From Armatimonadota bacterium (lineage in GTDB: Bacteria; Armatimonadota; SYMT01): a stretch of 10,736 bases of DNA. A model generated the notes under the pieces. That model was not told where the DNA came from. It did no database searches and saw nothing but the letters and a program-made list of their open reading frames with translations. Each line of letters begins with the position of its first letter. Positions within the stretch are counted from its first letter, which is position 1. Both the position numbers and the translations under genes were made by a program. Shown here piece after piece: positions 1-7,440 of the stretch. The stretch is taken from assembly GCA_046292385.1 (NCBI GenBank), contig JBKBRF010000085.1, positions 1 through 10,736 of the forward strand, read 5' to 3'.

Positions 1-81
1 CTCGTCCGTCAGGAGCAGCGGGCGCATGGGGCGGCCACGGGAAGACCGCTCGGTAGGATGGCCTACAGACAATCGTGTCAT
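1..81 (-). CDS. 5' end of a gene running off the left edge (start at ATG 81 or ATG 27), product unknown
   Basis: Open minus-strand frame MTRLSVGHPTERSSRGRPMRPLLLTDE..., bounded upstream by an in-frame TAA at 91-93 and preceded by a TATAAT box. Too short to identify. Confidence 0.4.
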   Translation of the reverse strand, partial: MTRLSVGHPTERSSRGRPMRPLLLTDE

Positions 82-89
82 TTGAAACA

Positions 90-95
90 ATTATA
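90..95 (-). promoter_or_regulatory. Consensus -10 box TATAAT in an AT-rich island
   Basis: Plus-strand attata at 90-95 = TATAAT on minus, 8 nt upstream of ATG 81; no convincing -35 box. Confidence 0.55.
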
Positions 96-128
96 CACGC
101 TCTTTTACTTTATTCCCATAAGTCGAGG

Positions 129-159
129 CTACAGAGAGCGAAGCCCGCCTGCGCGGGCT
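129..159. repeat. REP-like palindromic repeat, GTAG type, copy 1
   Basis: ctacagagagcgaagcccgcctgcgcgggct matches 7046-7076 at 29/31 nt; agcccgc...gcgggct hairpin. Confidence 0.8.
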
Positions 160-290
160 CAGACCTGCCGAGCCGAAACCACGGCGGTACTTACGTCGCA
201 CCCCTGGCCCGGATCTGTCGCTCGCCGTGCTGGCGCGCGCCTTCGTCGAGCCGAGCACGCAGGATGGAGTCGACTTCACCCCGCCGGAAG

Positions 291-313
291 GGCCGAGCAA
301 GCTCGTCACTCCG
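291..313. repeat. REP-like palindrome, GGAG type; left member of an inverted pair
   Basis: ggccgagcaagctcgtcactccg; its reverse complement matches 400-416 joined to 659-664 at 21/23 nt. Confidence 0.7.
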
Positions 314-416
314 CAAAGAGACGAGAGGCGTGTCGGTACGACGGCAGCCAACCGGGACGTAGCGTCCGCTCGACTCGGGGCGGAGCCAGGCGGTACTGCC
401 GGAGTGACGCGCTTGC

Positions 417-654
417 GGATACTGTTGGCGAAATCAACAGGGCAGCAGGATTACCGGCTATCGAGCACTCCGGCGAGATTCCCCTGGCGGGGAAGCGGTG
501 GCAAGCCACCGCACTCCACAGACTTCCCCGAGGCCGGCTCCCTTTCGACGAGAGGGAATCTCTACCGGGCTAGCCTGTGGAGTGCGAATGCTTGCTTTCG
601 CGCCCCGCGCCAGCGGGGCACCGGAGCAGCTTCCCGATTTCGCCAACAGTATCC
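417..654. mobile_element. MITE / non-autonomous IS derivative, 238 bp
   Basis: Perfect 19-bp terminal inverted repeats ggatactgttggcgaaatc (417-435) and gatttcgccaacagtatcc (636-654); flanking direct repeat ttgc at 413-416 and 655-658; no transposase inside. Confidence 0.85.
495..601. repeat. Inverted pair of GGAG-type REP palindromes inside the MITE
   Basis: gcggtggcaagccaccgcactccacag (495-521) and ctgtggagtgcgaatgcttgctttcgc (575-601), sharing the 11-bp inverted segment gcactccacag/ctgtggagtgc. Confidence 0.7.
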
Positions 655-812
655 TTGCGCGGCCTCCCTCTCGCGCCGCTTCCTGCTTTCGCAAAGGGGT
701 GAGTACTTCCCGGATGGACCCCTCTGCTAACCGGTCTTTGCGGGGGCTGGTAGCTGCGGTCGGCGAGCAATCCTTCAGCGGAGCTCGGGACAGACACCCG
801 CCGGAGGGCCGG

Positions 813-1985
813 CTAGAACCGCACGTTGATCTGCGTGATGGCGCTGGCGTTGCGGAGATCGCTGCCGGAGCTGCCGGGGGTGTCGTGGCGGCGGATCAAC
901 AGGCCGAGCTGCACGTCGCCCAGGCTGCGGTCGATCCGCAACGTGTAGGCGGCACTGTCCAGGGCGAGCCCCGGAATACCGAGCTGGCGGGTGCGCTCGT
1001 AGCCGAGGCCGATAAAGAAGCCGCGGCCCAGGTCGTAATGGAGCATGCCCTTCCAGTAGACCATCCGCGCGAGATCGTCGTCCAGCGAGCTGATGCTGGC
1101 GGTGGCGAGCTGCAGGTCGAGCCGGTTCCCCAGCTCCCGGGTCAGCGCGCCCCCGACCTCCTCCACCGGGCCGGCCGGCATCGTGAGCCCGCTGAGGCCG
1201 TAGTAGTCCCACATCCCGGCGGCGCGGCTGTAGAACGCGCTGAGGGTGTAGCTTCCGAACGGAAGGTCGAGCTGCGCGTGGTAGTCGAGCGCGGTGGACG
1301 GGTCTTGCAGCGGCAGGCTCGGGTCGTTGTGGAGGCGGTCCGGCCCTTCGATCCCCACGCTGACGCTGGCGGGGCCGACGGAGCCGGTGAAGGCGGCGGC
1401 GGAGGTGAGCGCCGCCGGGCCCTTGAGCGGCGTGTCGGCGCGGGTCACGGAGAGCAGCGAGTTGCGGCGGGCGTTCCGGAGCGCGTTCCGCACGCCGTAG
1501 AGGCGAGGTCTGCTCAGCGCGGCGGCCAGAATCTCCTCGCTGTTGGGGGAATCGGAAGCCGACGGCGCCTGGGCCGCCGCGTCCAGGCGGGTCACCCGCT
1601 CCCGCATCTGCTCGAACTGACGCTCCAGCTCTTCGAGGTCCTGACCGAGCGCCACCATGTCCGGACCGAACTCGTCCATCAGCACCCGGAGCGCCTCCAG
1701 GTCCTGACGCAGCCGGCCGGGCGTCTCGGCGCTCGCGACCTTCGGCTGCAGCTCGCGGTGGAGCCGCTCGGTGGCGACGGCGAAATCGTAGCGGGTCAGC
1801 GCGCGCTTGCCGGCGAAGGAGCCGGCCGGATAGCCGGTAAAGAGACCATTCCCCTCGAGCTGCTGGATCGCGCCGTAGGCGGGAGTGGAGGGGAAGACCT
1901 TGTCGTACGGGCGCTGGAAGGCGGCCTGGGAGGGGGACGCAAGCAGTGCGGCGAGTATGGAAACCCCTGCGATCCACTTGCTCAT
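813..1985 (-). CDS. SLH domain + coiled coil + beta-barrel outer-membrane protein (OmpM/SlpA-like tether or porin), 390 aa
   Basis: Signal peptide ending SQA; SLH motif AYGAIQQLEGNGLFTGYPAGSFAGKRALTRYDFA; LMDEFGPDMVALG coiled coil; amphipathic beta strands ending ITQINVRF with terminal Phe. Confidence 0.85.
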   Translation of the reverse strand: MSKWIAGVSILAALLASPSQAAFQRPYDKVFPSTPAYGAIQQLEGNGLFTGYPAGSFAGKRALTRYDFAVATERLHRELQPKVASAETPGRLRQDLEALRVLMDEFGPDMVALGQDLEELERQFEQMRERVTRLDAAAQAPSASDSPNSEEILAAALSRPRLYGVRNALRNARRNSLLSVTRADTPLKGPAALTSAAAFTGSVGPASVSVGIEGPDRLHNDPSLPLQDPSTALDYHAQLDLPFGSYTLSAFYSRAAGMWDYYGLSGLTMPAGPVEEVGGALTRELGNRLDLQLATASISSLDDDLARMVYWKGMLHYDLGRGFFIGLGYERTRQLGIPGLALDSAAYTLRIDRSLGDVQLGLLIRRHDTPGSSGSDLRNASAITQINVRF

Positions 1986-2351
1986 CTCGAAACCGATTCC
2001 CCCGTCTCTCCCGCTGAACGAAGCCCGCTGCCAGTCAGTATATAGGATTGTTCTCCGGGATACTGAAGCCGTTGGACAAAAGGGGATGCAATCCCTTCCC
2101 CGCTTGCTCTATCGGAGCAAGATTGTGAAAAGTTCCGCGAGCCCCGGCCGCAACCAGATCTCAGTGCTCGCCGGTCCGCGGGACGCGCCGAGTACCCTCA
2201 CCCGGCCTGCCTGGCCTCGCTCAACCGGGACTGTCCGGTTAAGCTCTTAGCCCGCCGGGCGCGCGCGGAAACCTGCTGCTGGAATCTCTAGGAAGATGCC
2301 GCAGCGGTCGATTCCGAGTCACCGGCCGGAGGCGAGCCGCAGGTGGAGAGC

Positions 2352-3002
2352 TCAGGGGGTCGGCGCCACGAATCCGGCCATCACCACGTAGTGGCAGCCG
2401 CTGCCGCCCAGGACGAAGCAGTGCCAGAGGTCGTGCGCGCCGAAGCGGCCCGGCCAGAGCCGCGGGCGTTCCGTGGCGAAGACGATCGCGCCGACGCTGT
2501 ACAGGAGCCCGCCCAGCACCAGCCAGAGCAGTCCGGCCGGGGGGACCGCCTGCACGAGGGGCTGCACCGCCACCACGCAGAGCCATCCCATCACCAGGTA
2601 GAGCAGGAGGCTCACGTAGTGCGGGGCTCCGCGCCAGGCGACGCGGAGGGTGATCCCCACCAGCGCCAGGCCCCAGACCACGCCGAGCAGGCTCCAGCCC
2701 CACGGACCGCGCAGGGAGACCAGGCAGAGCGGCGTGTAGGTGCCGGCGATCAGGAGGTAGATCCCGATCTGGTCCAGCATGTGGAGCTGTCCCACGCGGC
2801 GGGGGCTCACCGGCAGCAGGTGGTAGAGCGCGCTGGCGAGGTAGAGCAGGACCAGGCTGCCGCCGTAGACTGCAAATCCGGTCAGGTGCCACGGCTTTCC
2901 GGGCGAAAGGCTGAGCAGCGCTACCAGGCCTACCACCGACAGACCCGCGCCTCCCAGGTGGGAAAGCCCGCTCACCGGCTCCCGAAGATTCCATCGCCGC
3001 AT
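2352..3002 (-). CDS. Hemolysin III family (PAQR/TrhA) membrane protein, 216 aa
   Basis: Motifs EPVSGLSH, SALYH, LDQIGIYLLIAGTYTP, HDLWHCFV; about 7 hydrophobic segments; AAGGA upstream of ATG. Confidence 0.95.
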   Translation of the reverse strand: MRRWNLREPVSGLSHLGGAGLSVVGLVALLSLSPGKPWHLTGFAVYGGSLVLLYLASALYHLLPVSPRRVGQLHMLDQIGIYLLIAGTYTPLCLVSLRGPWGWSLLGVVWGLALVGITLRVAWRGAPHYVSLLLYLVMGWLCVVAVQPLVQAVPPAGLLWLVLGGLLYSVGAIVFATERPRLWPGRFGAHDLWHCFVLGGSGCHYVVMAGFVAPTP

Positions 3003-3026
3003 GCTTGGTCCTTACCTCAATCCCTG

Positions 3027-3055
3027 CAGGTTCCAGGTTACCAGGTTTCCAGGTT
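3027..3055. repeat. Short degenerate tandem repeat (caggtt core, 4 copies)
   Basis: caggttc-caggttac-caggtttc-caggtt followed by ccgaacc. Confidence 0.6.
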
Positions 3056-3124
3056 CCGAACCCGCTCCCCGCGAGGATGCTGCTCTAACCGGCGGCGTTC
3101 GGCCGCGATACAGTTTAGCGACCT

Positions 3125-3307
3125 ATGGACGCTCCGGAATGTGAAATCTGTGGCCTGGCGATGCTCCGGCGCGTCAGTGGCGGTAAGTTCTGGTGCGCCG
3201 GTTGTGGGCACCTGCAGAGCTGACACGACTGCGGTCTCCGGTCGGAGGCCGAGCTCCCGCCTCCGGCGCCTCCGGCGGCAACCCATCCCCCAGACTGCCA
3301 ATCCTAG
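3125..3307 (+). CDS. Cys-rich zinc-finger microprotein, putative selenoprotein (60 aa with Sec at codon 33; 32 aa if TGA is a stop)
   Basis: Manual translation MDAPECEICGLAMLRRVSGGKFWCAGCGHLQS(TGA 3221-3223)HDCGLRSEAELPPPAPPAATHPPDCQS*(TAG 3305-3307); two CxxCG knuckles plus UxxC; lies in the otherwise empty gap before dprA. Confidence 0.7.
3221..3256 (+). promoter_or_regulatory. Candidate bacterial SECIS element
   Basis: 8-bp stem cggtctcc (3232-3239) / ggaggccg (3244-3251), one G-U pair, GGUC loop starting 16 nt after the UGA. Confidence 0.6.
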
Positions 3308-3407
3308 CGGACCGCGCCGGCTGGGGACCGGAAGGGATGATGGGCCGGACCGCCGAACCGGCATCCGCGTCTCATTCTATTCTTCCCCCTCTCTGCCCCG
3401 CCGCCGT

Positions 3408-4508
3408 ATGGACGACCTCCGGCTCTGGATCCGCCTGACGAAGACCGGCGCCTCCGCGCGGCGGCTCAATACTCTGCTTGCGCACTTCGGCTCCCCGGAC
3501 GCGATCTTCGGAACGAGCGCGGCGAGCCTCTCCACCGCGCTCCGCTGCTCCGTCTCCGTGGCGGAGAAGCTGCTCGATCCGCTCTACGCCGCCACCGAGC
3601 GCGACCTGGAGCTGATGGAGCGCCTGAACACGAAGCTGGTCACCCGGAAAGATCCGGCCTATCCGGCGCTGCTCGCGCAGATCCCGGACCCGCCCCCCGC
3701 CATCTACGTGCGTGGGACGCTCCGCCCGAGCGACTGCAAAGCGGTGGGGATCGTGGGGAGCCGCCGGGCGAGCGACTACGGGCGCCGGATCGCGGACAAG
3801 CTGGCGATGGAGCTGGCGCAGGCGGGCTACACGGTCGTGAGCGGGCTGGCGCGAGGCATCGATACCTCGGTCCACCAGGGCGCCCTGCGGGCAGGAGGTC
3901 GAACCCTCGCCTGCCTCGGGTGCGGCGTCGACGTCGTCTATCCGCCGGAGAACCGGCGGCTGGCGCAGTCGGTCTCGGAGAGCGGCGCGCTGGTTTCCGA
4001 GTACCCGATGATGGCGCCGCCGGACGCCTGGCACTTTCCCAGCCGGAACCGGATCATCAGCGGCCTCTCGCTCGGGGTGGTCGTGCTGGAAGCGCCGGCC
4101 GGCAGCGGCGCCCTGATCACCGCCGAGTGCGCGGTGGATCAGAACCGGGAAGTGTTCGCCATCCCCGGCAACGTCGACAACTTCCGCAACCAGGGGGCGC
4201 ACGCGCTGCTCCGGGACGGGGCGGCGCTGGTGGAGAGCGTGCAGGACATCCTGGACGTGCTGGAGAGCCGCGAGACGCAGCCGCGTCTCGATCTCGGCCT
4301 GGAAGAGCCGGCGGCCCCGGCCCCGCCGCAGCTCACCCCGGAGGAGTCGGCGCTGCTGGCGCTCCTGACGGAGGACCCGCGTCCGGTCGACGACCTGATC
4401 CTGGAGTCGAGCATGCCGGCGGGACAGGTAAATGCCGGGCTGCTTATGCTAGAGATGAAGGGCTGCGCGCGCCGGCTCCCCGGCAACGCCTTCGTGCGCC
4501 TCAGTTAG
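3408..4508 (+). CDS. dprA: DNA-processing protein DprA (Smf), 366 aa
   Basis: YPALLAQIPDPP, AVGIVGSRRASDYG, VVSGLARGIDT, FPSRNRIISGLS, SGALITA, REVFAIPG and C-terminal winged helix LLMLEMKG; true start ATG 3408 rather than 2343. Confidence 0.97.
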   Translation: MDDLRLWIRLTKTGASARRLNTLLAHFGSPDAIFGTSAASLSTALRCSVSVAEKLLDPLYAATERDLELMERLNTKLVTRKDPAYPALLAQIPDPPPAIYVRGTLRPSDCKAVGIVGSRRASDYGRRIADKLAMELAQAGYTVVSGLARGIDTSVHQGALRAGGRTLACLGCGVDVVYPPENRRLAQSVSESGALVSEYPMMAPPDAWHFPSRNRIISGLSLGVVVLEAPAGSGALITAECAVDQNREVFAIPGNVDNFRNQGAHALLRDGAALVESVQDILDVLESRETQPRLDLGLEEPAAPAPPQLTPEESALLALLTEDPRPVDDLILESSMPAGQVNAGLLMLEMKGCARRLPGNAFVRLS

Positions 4509-4524
4509 CCGCAGCCGCATCCGG

Positions 4525-6165
4525 ATGTCAGTCACCGTACCTCACGAAGTGCCCGAGGAGACCGCCGGCCGGTTTCCGCGCCCGCCGCTGCAGCCGCTGG
4601 TCTGGGCGCTCTTCGGCATCGCCGCCCTGCTCGGCCTAGTGGTCGTTTTCCTCGCCGCCCTGAACCCGATCGCCGTCACCGACTTCTGGTGGCAGGCGCG
4701 CACGGGGGAGATCATCGTCCGCACCGGGGAGATCCCGAAGCGGGACGTGCTGAGCTGGACCGCCGAGGGACAGCCCTGGGTAGTGCACGAGTGGCTGACG
4801 GAGGTCTTCTTCTACTACGCCCTGATGTACCTGCCGGAGTGGGTGCTGGTGGCGTACAAAGCGGGCCTGGCGGCGCTCGCCTGCGCGCTGGTGCTGGCGC
4901 GGTCGTGGGTCCGCTCCGGCAGCATCGCCGTCGCGATCGTCGCCGCGGTCTGGGCCGGCTACCTGGTGCGCCACTATGCCGACCTGCGGCCGCAGATGGT
5001 CAGCTTCGTGCTCCTGGCGGGTCTGCTGCTGGCGTTGGAGCTCTACCGGACTTCCCGCTCGCCGCTGCTGGAGCGAGCGCTGCCGTGGGTGCTGCCGCCG
5101 CTCTTCGCGCTCTGGGCCAACCTGCACGGCGGCGTGGTGGTGGGGCTGATCCTCGCCGTCGTCTGGGTGGTGGGGGACGCGGTGGGGGCGTGGCTCTTCG
5201 ACGAGGAGAGCCCGGAGCTCGTGCCGCTCGCCGTGGGTGTCGGCGCCTCGCTCTTCGCCGTGCTCCTCAATCCGAACGGCTATCACGTCTACACTTATCC
5301 CTTCGAGGTGCTGAAGCATCCGGAGGTGATGGACTTCATCACCGAGTGGTACTCGCCGAACTTCCACAATCCCGCGATGCAGGCGTTCCGCTACCTGCTG
5401 ATGGCGTGCATCGGCTTCGGGCTGCTGTCGCGGGGGCGGGACCGGGTCCGCGTGACGGAGACGCTCCTGCTGCTGGCGGTCACCCACGCCGCCTTCACCG
5501 CCCAGCGCAACACCGCGACCTTCGGGATCGTCGCCGCCCCAATCGCCGCGGGAGCGCTCGTCTCCGCCTGGAAGGCGCCGGACCTCCTGGCGCCGCTGCG
5601 CGAGATCTCCCGGGAGCCGTTCGTGCGGGCGCTCGGCGCGGCGACGCTCGCGCTGGCGCTCGGTTTGTATCTGATCCCCCGGGAATACCCGAAGGAGTGG
5701 ATCGCGGCGGAGCAGCGCTGGGTGAAGGTGCCGCCGGACCGCTGGTACGAGTACGGCGCCAACCTAAAGTACTTTCCGTACGACGCCGTGGCGCAGATGC
5801 GGGCCGGGGTGAACTGGCCGGAGCGGGCTTACATCGACTACACCTGGGGCGGCTTCATCTCCTGGATGCTCTGGCCGCAGCGCAAGGTCTTCATCGACGG
5901 CCGCGCGGAGGTGTACTACCCCGGCAAGGTCTTCGACGACGAGATCAAGCTGTTCCGGGCGCAGCCGGGTTGGGATGCGGCGCTGGAGAGGCGCGGGGTG
6001 CAGATGGTGCTGACCAACAAGAACGGCTATCTGGCGGCTGCGCTCGCCACCCATCCCGGCTGGCGCAAGGTCTTCGAGGGCTCCGCCGAAGTGGTCTATT
6101 TGCCGGTCGAGCTGGTGGAGAACGGAGCGCCGCCGACGGTGCCGGGAGGAACCGTCCCGCCGTGA
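4525..6165 (+). CDS. Polytopic membrane protein, probable GT-C fold glycosyltransferase-like, 546 aa
   Basis: Many TM segments; motifs DFWWQARTG after TM1, HEWL, RPQ, LWANLHGG, ITEW, FIDGRAEVY. Function is inferred. Confidence 0.75.
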   Translation: MSVTVPHEVPEETAGRFPRPPLQPLVWALFGIAALLGLVVVFLAALNPIAVTDFWWQARTGEIIVRTGEIPKRDVLSWTAEGQPWVVHEWLTEVFFYYALMYLPEWVLVAYKAGLAALACALVLARSWVRSGSIAVAIVAAVWAGYLVRHYADLRPQMVSFVLLAGLLLALELYRTSRSPLLERALPWVLPPLFALWANLHGGVVVGLILAVVWVVGDAVGAWLFDEESPELVPLAVGVGASLFAVLLNPNGYHVYTYPFEVLKHPEVMDFITEWYSPNFHNPAMQAFRYLLMACIGFGLLSRGRDRVRVTETLLLLAVTHAAFTAQRNTATFGIVAAPIAAGALVSAWKAPDLLAPLREISREPFVRALGAATLALALGLYLIPREYPKEWIAAEQRWVKVPPDRWYEYGANLKYFPYDAVAQMRAGVNWPERAYIDYTWGGFISWMLWPQRKVFIDGRAEVYYPGKVFDDEIKLFRAQPGWDAALERRGVQMVLTNKNGYLAAALATHPGWRKVFEGSAEVVYLPVELVENGAPPTVPGGTVPP

Positions 6166-6180
6166 GTACGACCTTCGGAT

Positions 6181-6295
6181 ACGGAGAGACGGAGAGACGG
6201 AGAGACGGAGAGACGGAGAGACGGAGAGACGGAGAGACGGAGAGACGGAGAGACGGAGAGACGGAGAGACGGAGAGACGGAGAGACGGAGAGACG
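6181..6295. repeat. Perfect tandem octamer (ACGGAGAG) x14 plus a partial unit
   Basis: Counted directly: 14 identical units at 6181-6292, then acg. Confidence 0.98.
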
Positions 6296-6303
6296 CGGGG
6301 ATG

Positions 6304-6397
6304 GCGCCCCGGAGGGGCGCGAGACGGTAGCCGGGGGCGAAGCACAGCGCCGCCCCCGGACTCACGCCGGCCCAATAGATCCGCCCTGGAGGGGCGG
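6304..6397. repeat. REP/BIME-like cluster of three GC-rich hairpins with a GTAG tag
   Basis: gcgccccggaggggcgc (6304-6320); gtag + ccgggggcg...cgcccccgg (6327-6359); ccgccctggaggggcgg (6381-6397). Confidence 0.7.
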
Positions 6398-6487
6398 CGG
6401 GAGCTTCCGCGCTCTGGAAGCAAAGGCAAGTGAGCTCCGCCGGGGGTTCCTCTCTCAAAAAGTCATCGTGCAGGAAGGAGGTCCGCA

Positions 6488-6922
6488 GTGAGCCAGGCGG
6501 TGGAAGAGTTGACTGCCCCGGTGGAAGGGGATGGCGGTGTGCTGGTGATCCGCGGCGGTGGGGGACACCGCCAGTGGAACAACATCCGGTATCGCACCGG
6601 CATGTCCGGCAAGAACGTCGGCGCGAAGGCGCTCTCGATGAACGTGGCGACGATCCCGCCCGGCGGGGTGGCGTACGCGCACATCCACGTCGACTTCGAA
6701 GTGATGCTCTACATCCTGGAAGGCCGCGTGCGCCACGAATACGGCCCCGGCCTGAAGCAGGTGGTGGAGAACGAGGCAGGCGACTTCATCTTCATCGAGC
6801 CGGGCGTCCCGCACGAGGTGTTCAACGTGAGCGACACGGAGCCGGTCGTGGCGGTAGTCGCCCGCTCCAGCGCGGACGAGTGGGACAACATCATCCCCTA
6901 CGACCGGAATGCAGAGGCCTGA
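6488..6922 (+). CDS. Cupin domain protein (RmlC-like), 144 aa
   Basis: IPPGGVAYAHIH...E and GDFIFIEPGVPHEVFN cupin motifs; GTG start with strong SD ggaaggagg. Confidence 0.92.
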   Translation: MSQAVEELTAPVEGDGGVLVIRGGGGHRQWNNIRYRTGMSGKNVGAKALSMNVATIPPGGVAYAHIHVDFEVMLYILEGRVRHEYGPGLKQVVENEAGDFIFIEPGVPHEVFNVSDTEPVVAVVARSSADEWDNIIPYDRNAEA

Positions 6923-6932
6923 GCGGCGCGTG

Positions 6933-7166
6933 TCCGAACGAACGCGAAGGCGCGAAGGTCACGCGAAGGACGCGAAGGACGCGAAGGACGGCTGAGACAG
7001 CTGAAAGGCCGGGTTGAGTTCGCCCGCCCGCGAGTAAACTCGGGCCTACATAGAGCAAAGCCCGCCTGCGCGGGCTGTCGAACCCCGTGCTCGGAGCGCC
7101 TCGTCCGTCCCCATCAGGTTCCCTTCGCGTTCTTCGCTATCTTCGCGCCTTCGCGTTCGGTTCGGA
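6933..7166. repeat. Inverted arrays of cgcgaagg-type 8-9-mers between convergent genes, enclosing a REP
   Basis: cgaacgcgaaggcgcgaag (6939-6957) is the perfect reverse complement of 7141-7159; further units at 6961-6990 and 7122-7140. Confidence 0.8.
7026..7076. repeat. REP-like repeat, GTAG type, copy 2
   Basis: Minus strand reads agcccgcgcaggcgggct-ttgctctat-GTAG-gcccgagtttactcgcgggc; matches 129-159. Confidence 0.8.
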
Positions 7167-7167
7167 A

Positions 7168-7440
7168 TCACTCGGCCGGGATGTGCGGCACCTCCTCGTG
7201 GTGCCGCAGCGCCGGCTCGCCGGTGGCGCTGGCCGCCTCGCGGACGGCGCGGTCCGGGATGACGCGGTCGGACGCGCCGCCGACGGGGATGCCGCCGGTG
7301 GGCGCTTCTCCGGAGCTGGTCATGATCCGGTCCGGTTCCCGCGGGTGATAGAGGTTCCCACCCTCCGGAAGGATCTCCGGGGTGTGGTCCTCTGACTCAC
7401 CCGAGGCCTCGATCAGCTCTGCGTGGGTAGGCTCTTCCAT
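7168..7440 (-). CDS. Small acidic, probably disordered hypothetical protein, 90 aa
   Basis: MEEPTHAELIEASGESEDH...HHEEVPHIPAE; AGGAG SD 5 nt before ATG 7440; the only credible part of ORF 7168..8529. Confidence 0.7.
   Translation of the reverse strand: MEEPTHAELIEASGESEDHTPEILPEGGNLYHPREPDRIMTSSGEAPTGGIPVGGASDRVIPDRAVREAASATGEPALRHHEEVPHIPAE

Noticed and set aside
163..188. 21/26-nt similarity to 3210-3235 (TCRAETTAV vs TCRADTTAV in the ORF track)
   Set aside because: The match does not extend, is not in the zinc-finger frame, and this level of identity is plausible by chance in 10 kb of high-GC DNA.
58..797. Several overlapping ORFs in the left intergenic region
   Set aside because: They run through REP and MITE sequence, have no recognisable motifs, and none resembles a transposase.
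498..2045. 515-aa plus-strand ORF and similar long alternative-frame ORFs (4689..6491, most of 7168..8529, 10056..10493)
   Set aside because: Typical high-GC shadow ORFs overlapping well-supported genes.
2343..3407. Apparent 355-aa N-terminal extension of DprA
   Set aside because: Antisense shadow of the hemolysin III gene plus intergenic DNA; DprA similarity starts at ATG 3408.
6181..6295. Possible CRISPR array or repeat-encoded protein (RRDGETE / SPSLRLSV)
   Set aside because: No spacers and no cas genes; the peptides are just translations of the octamer.
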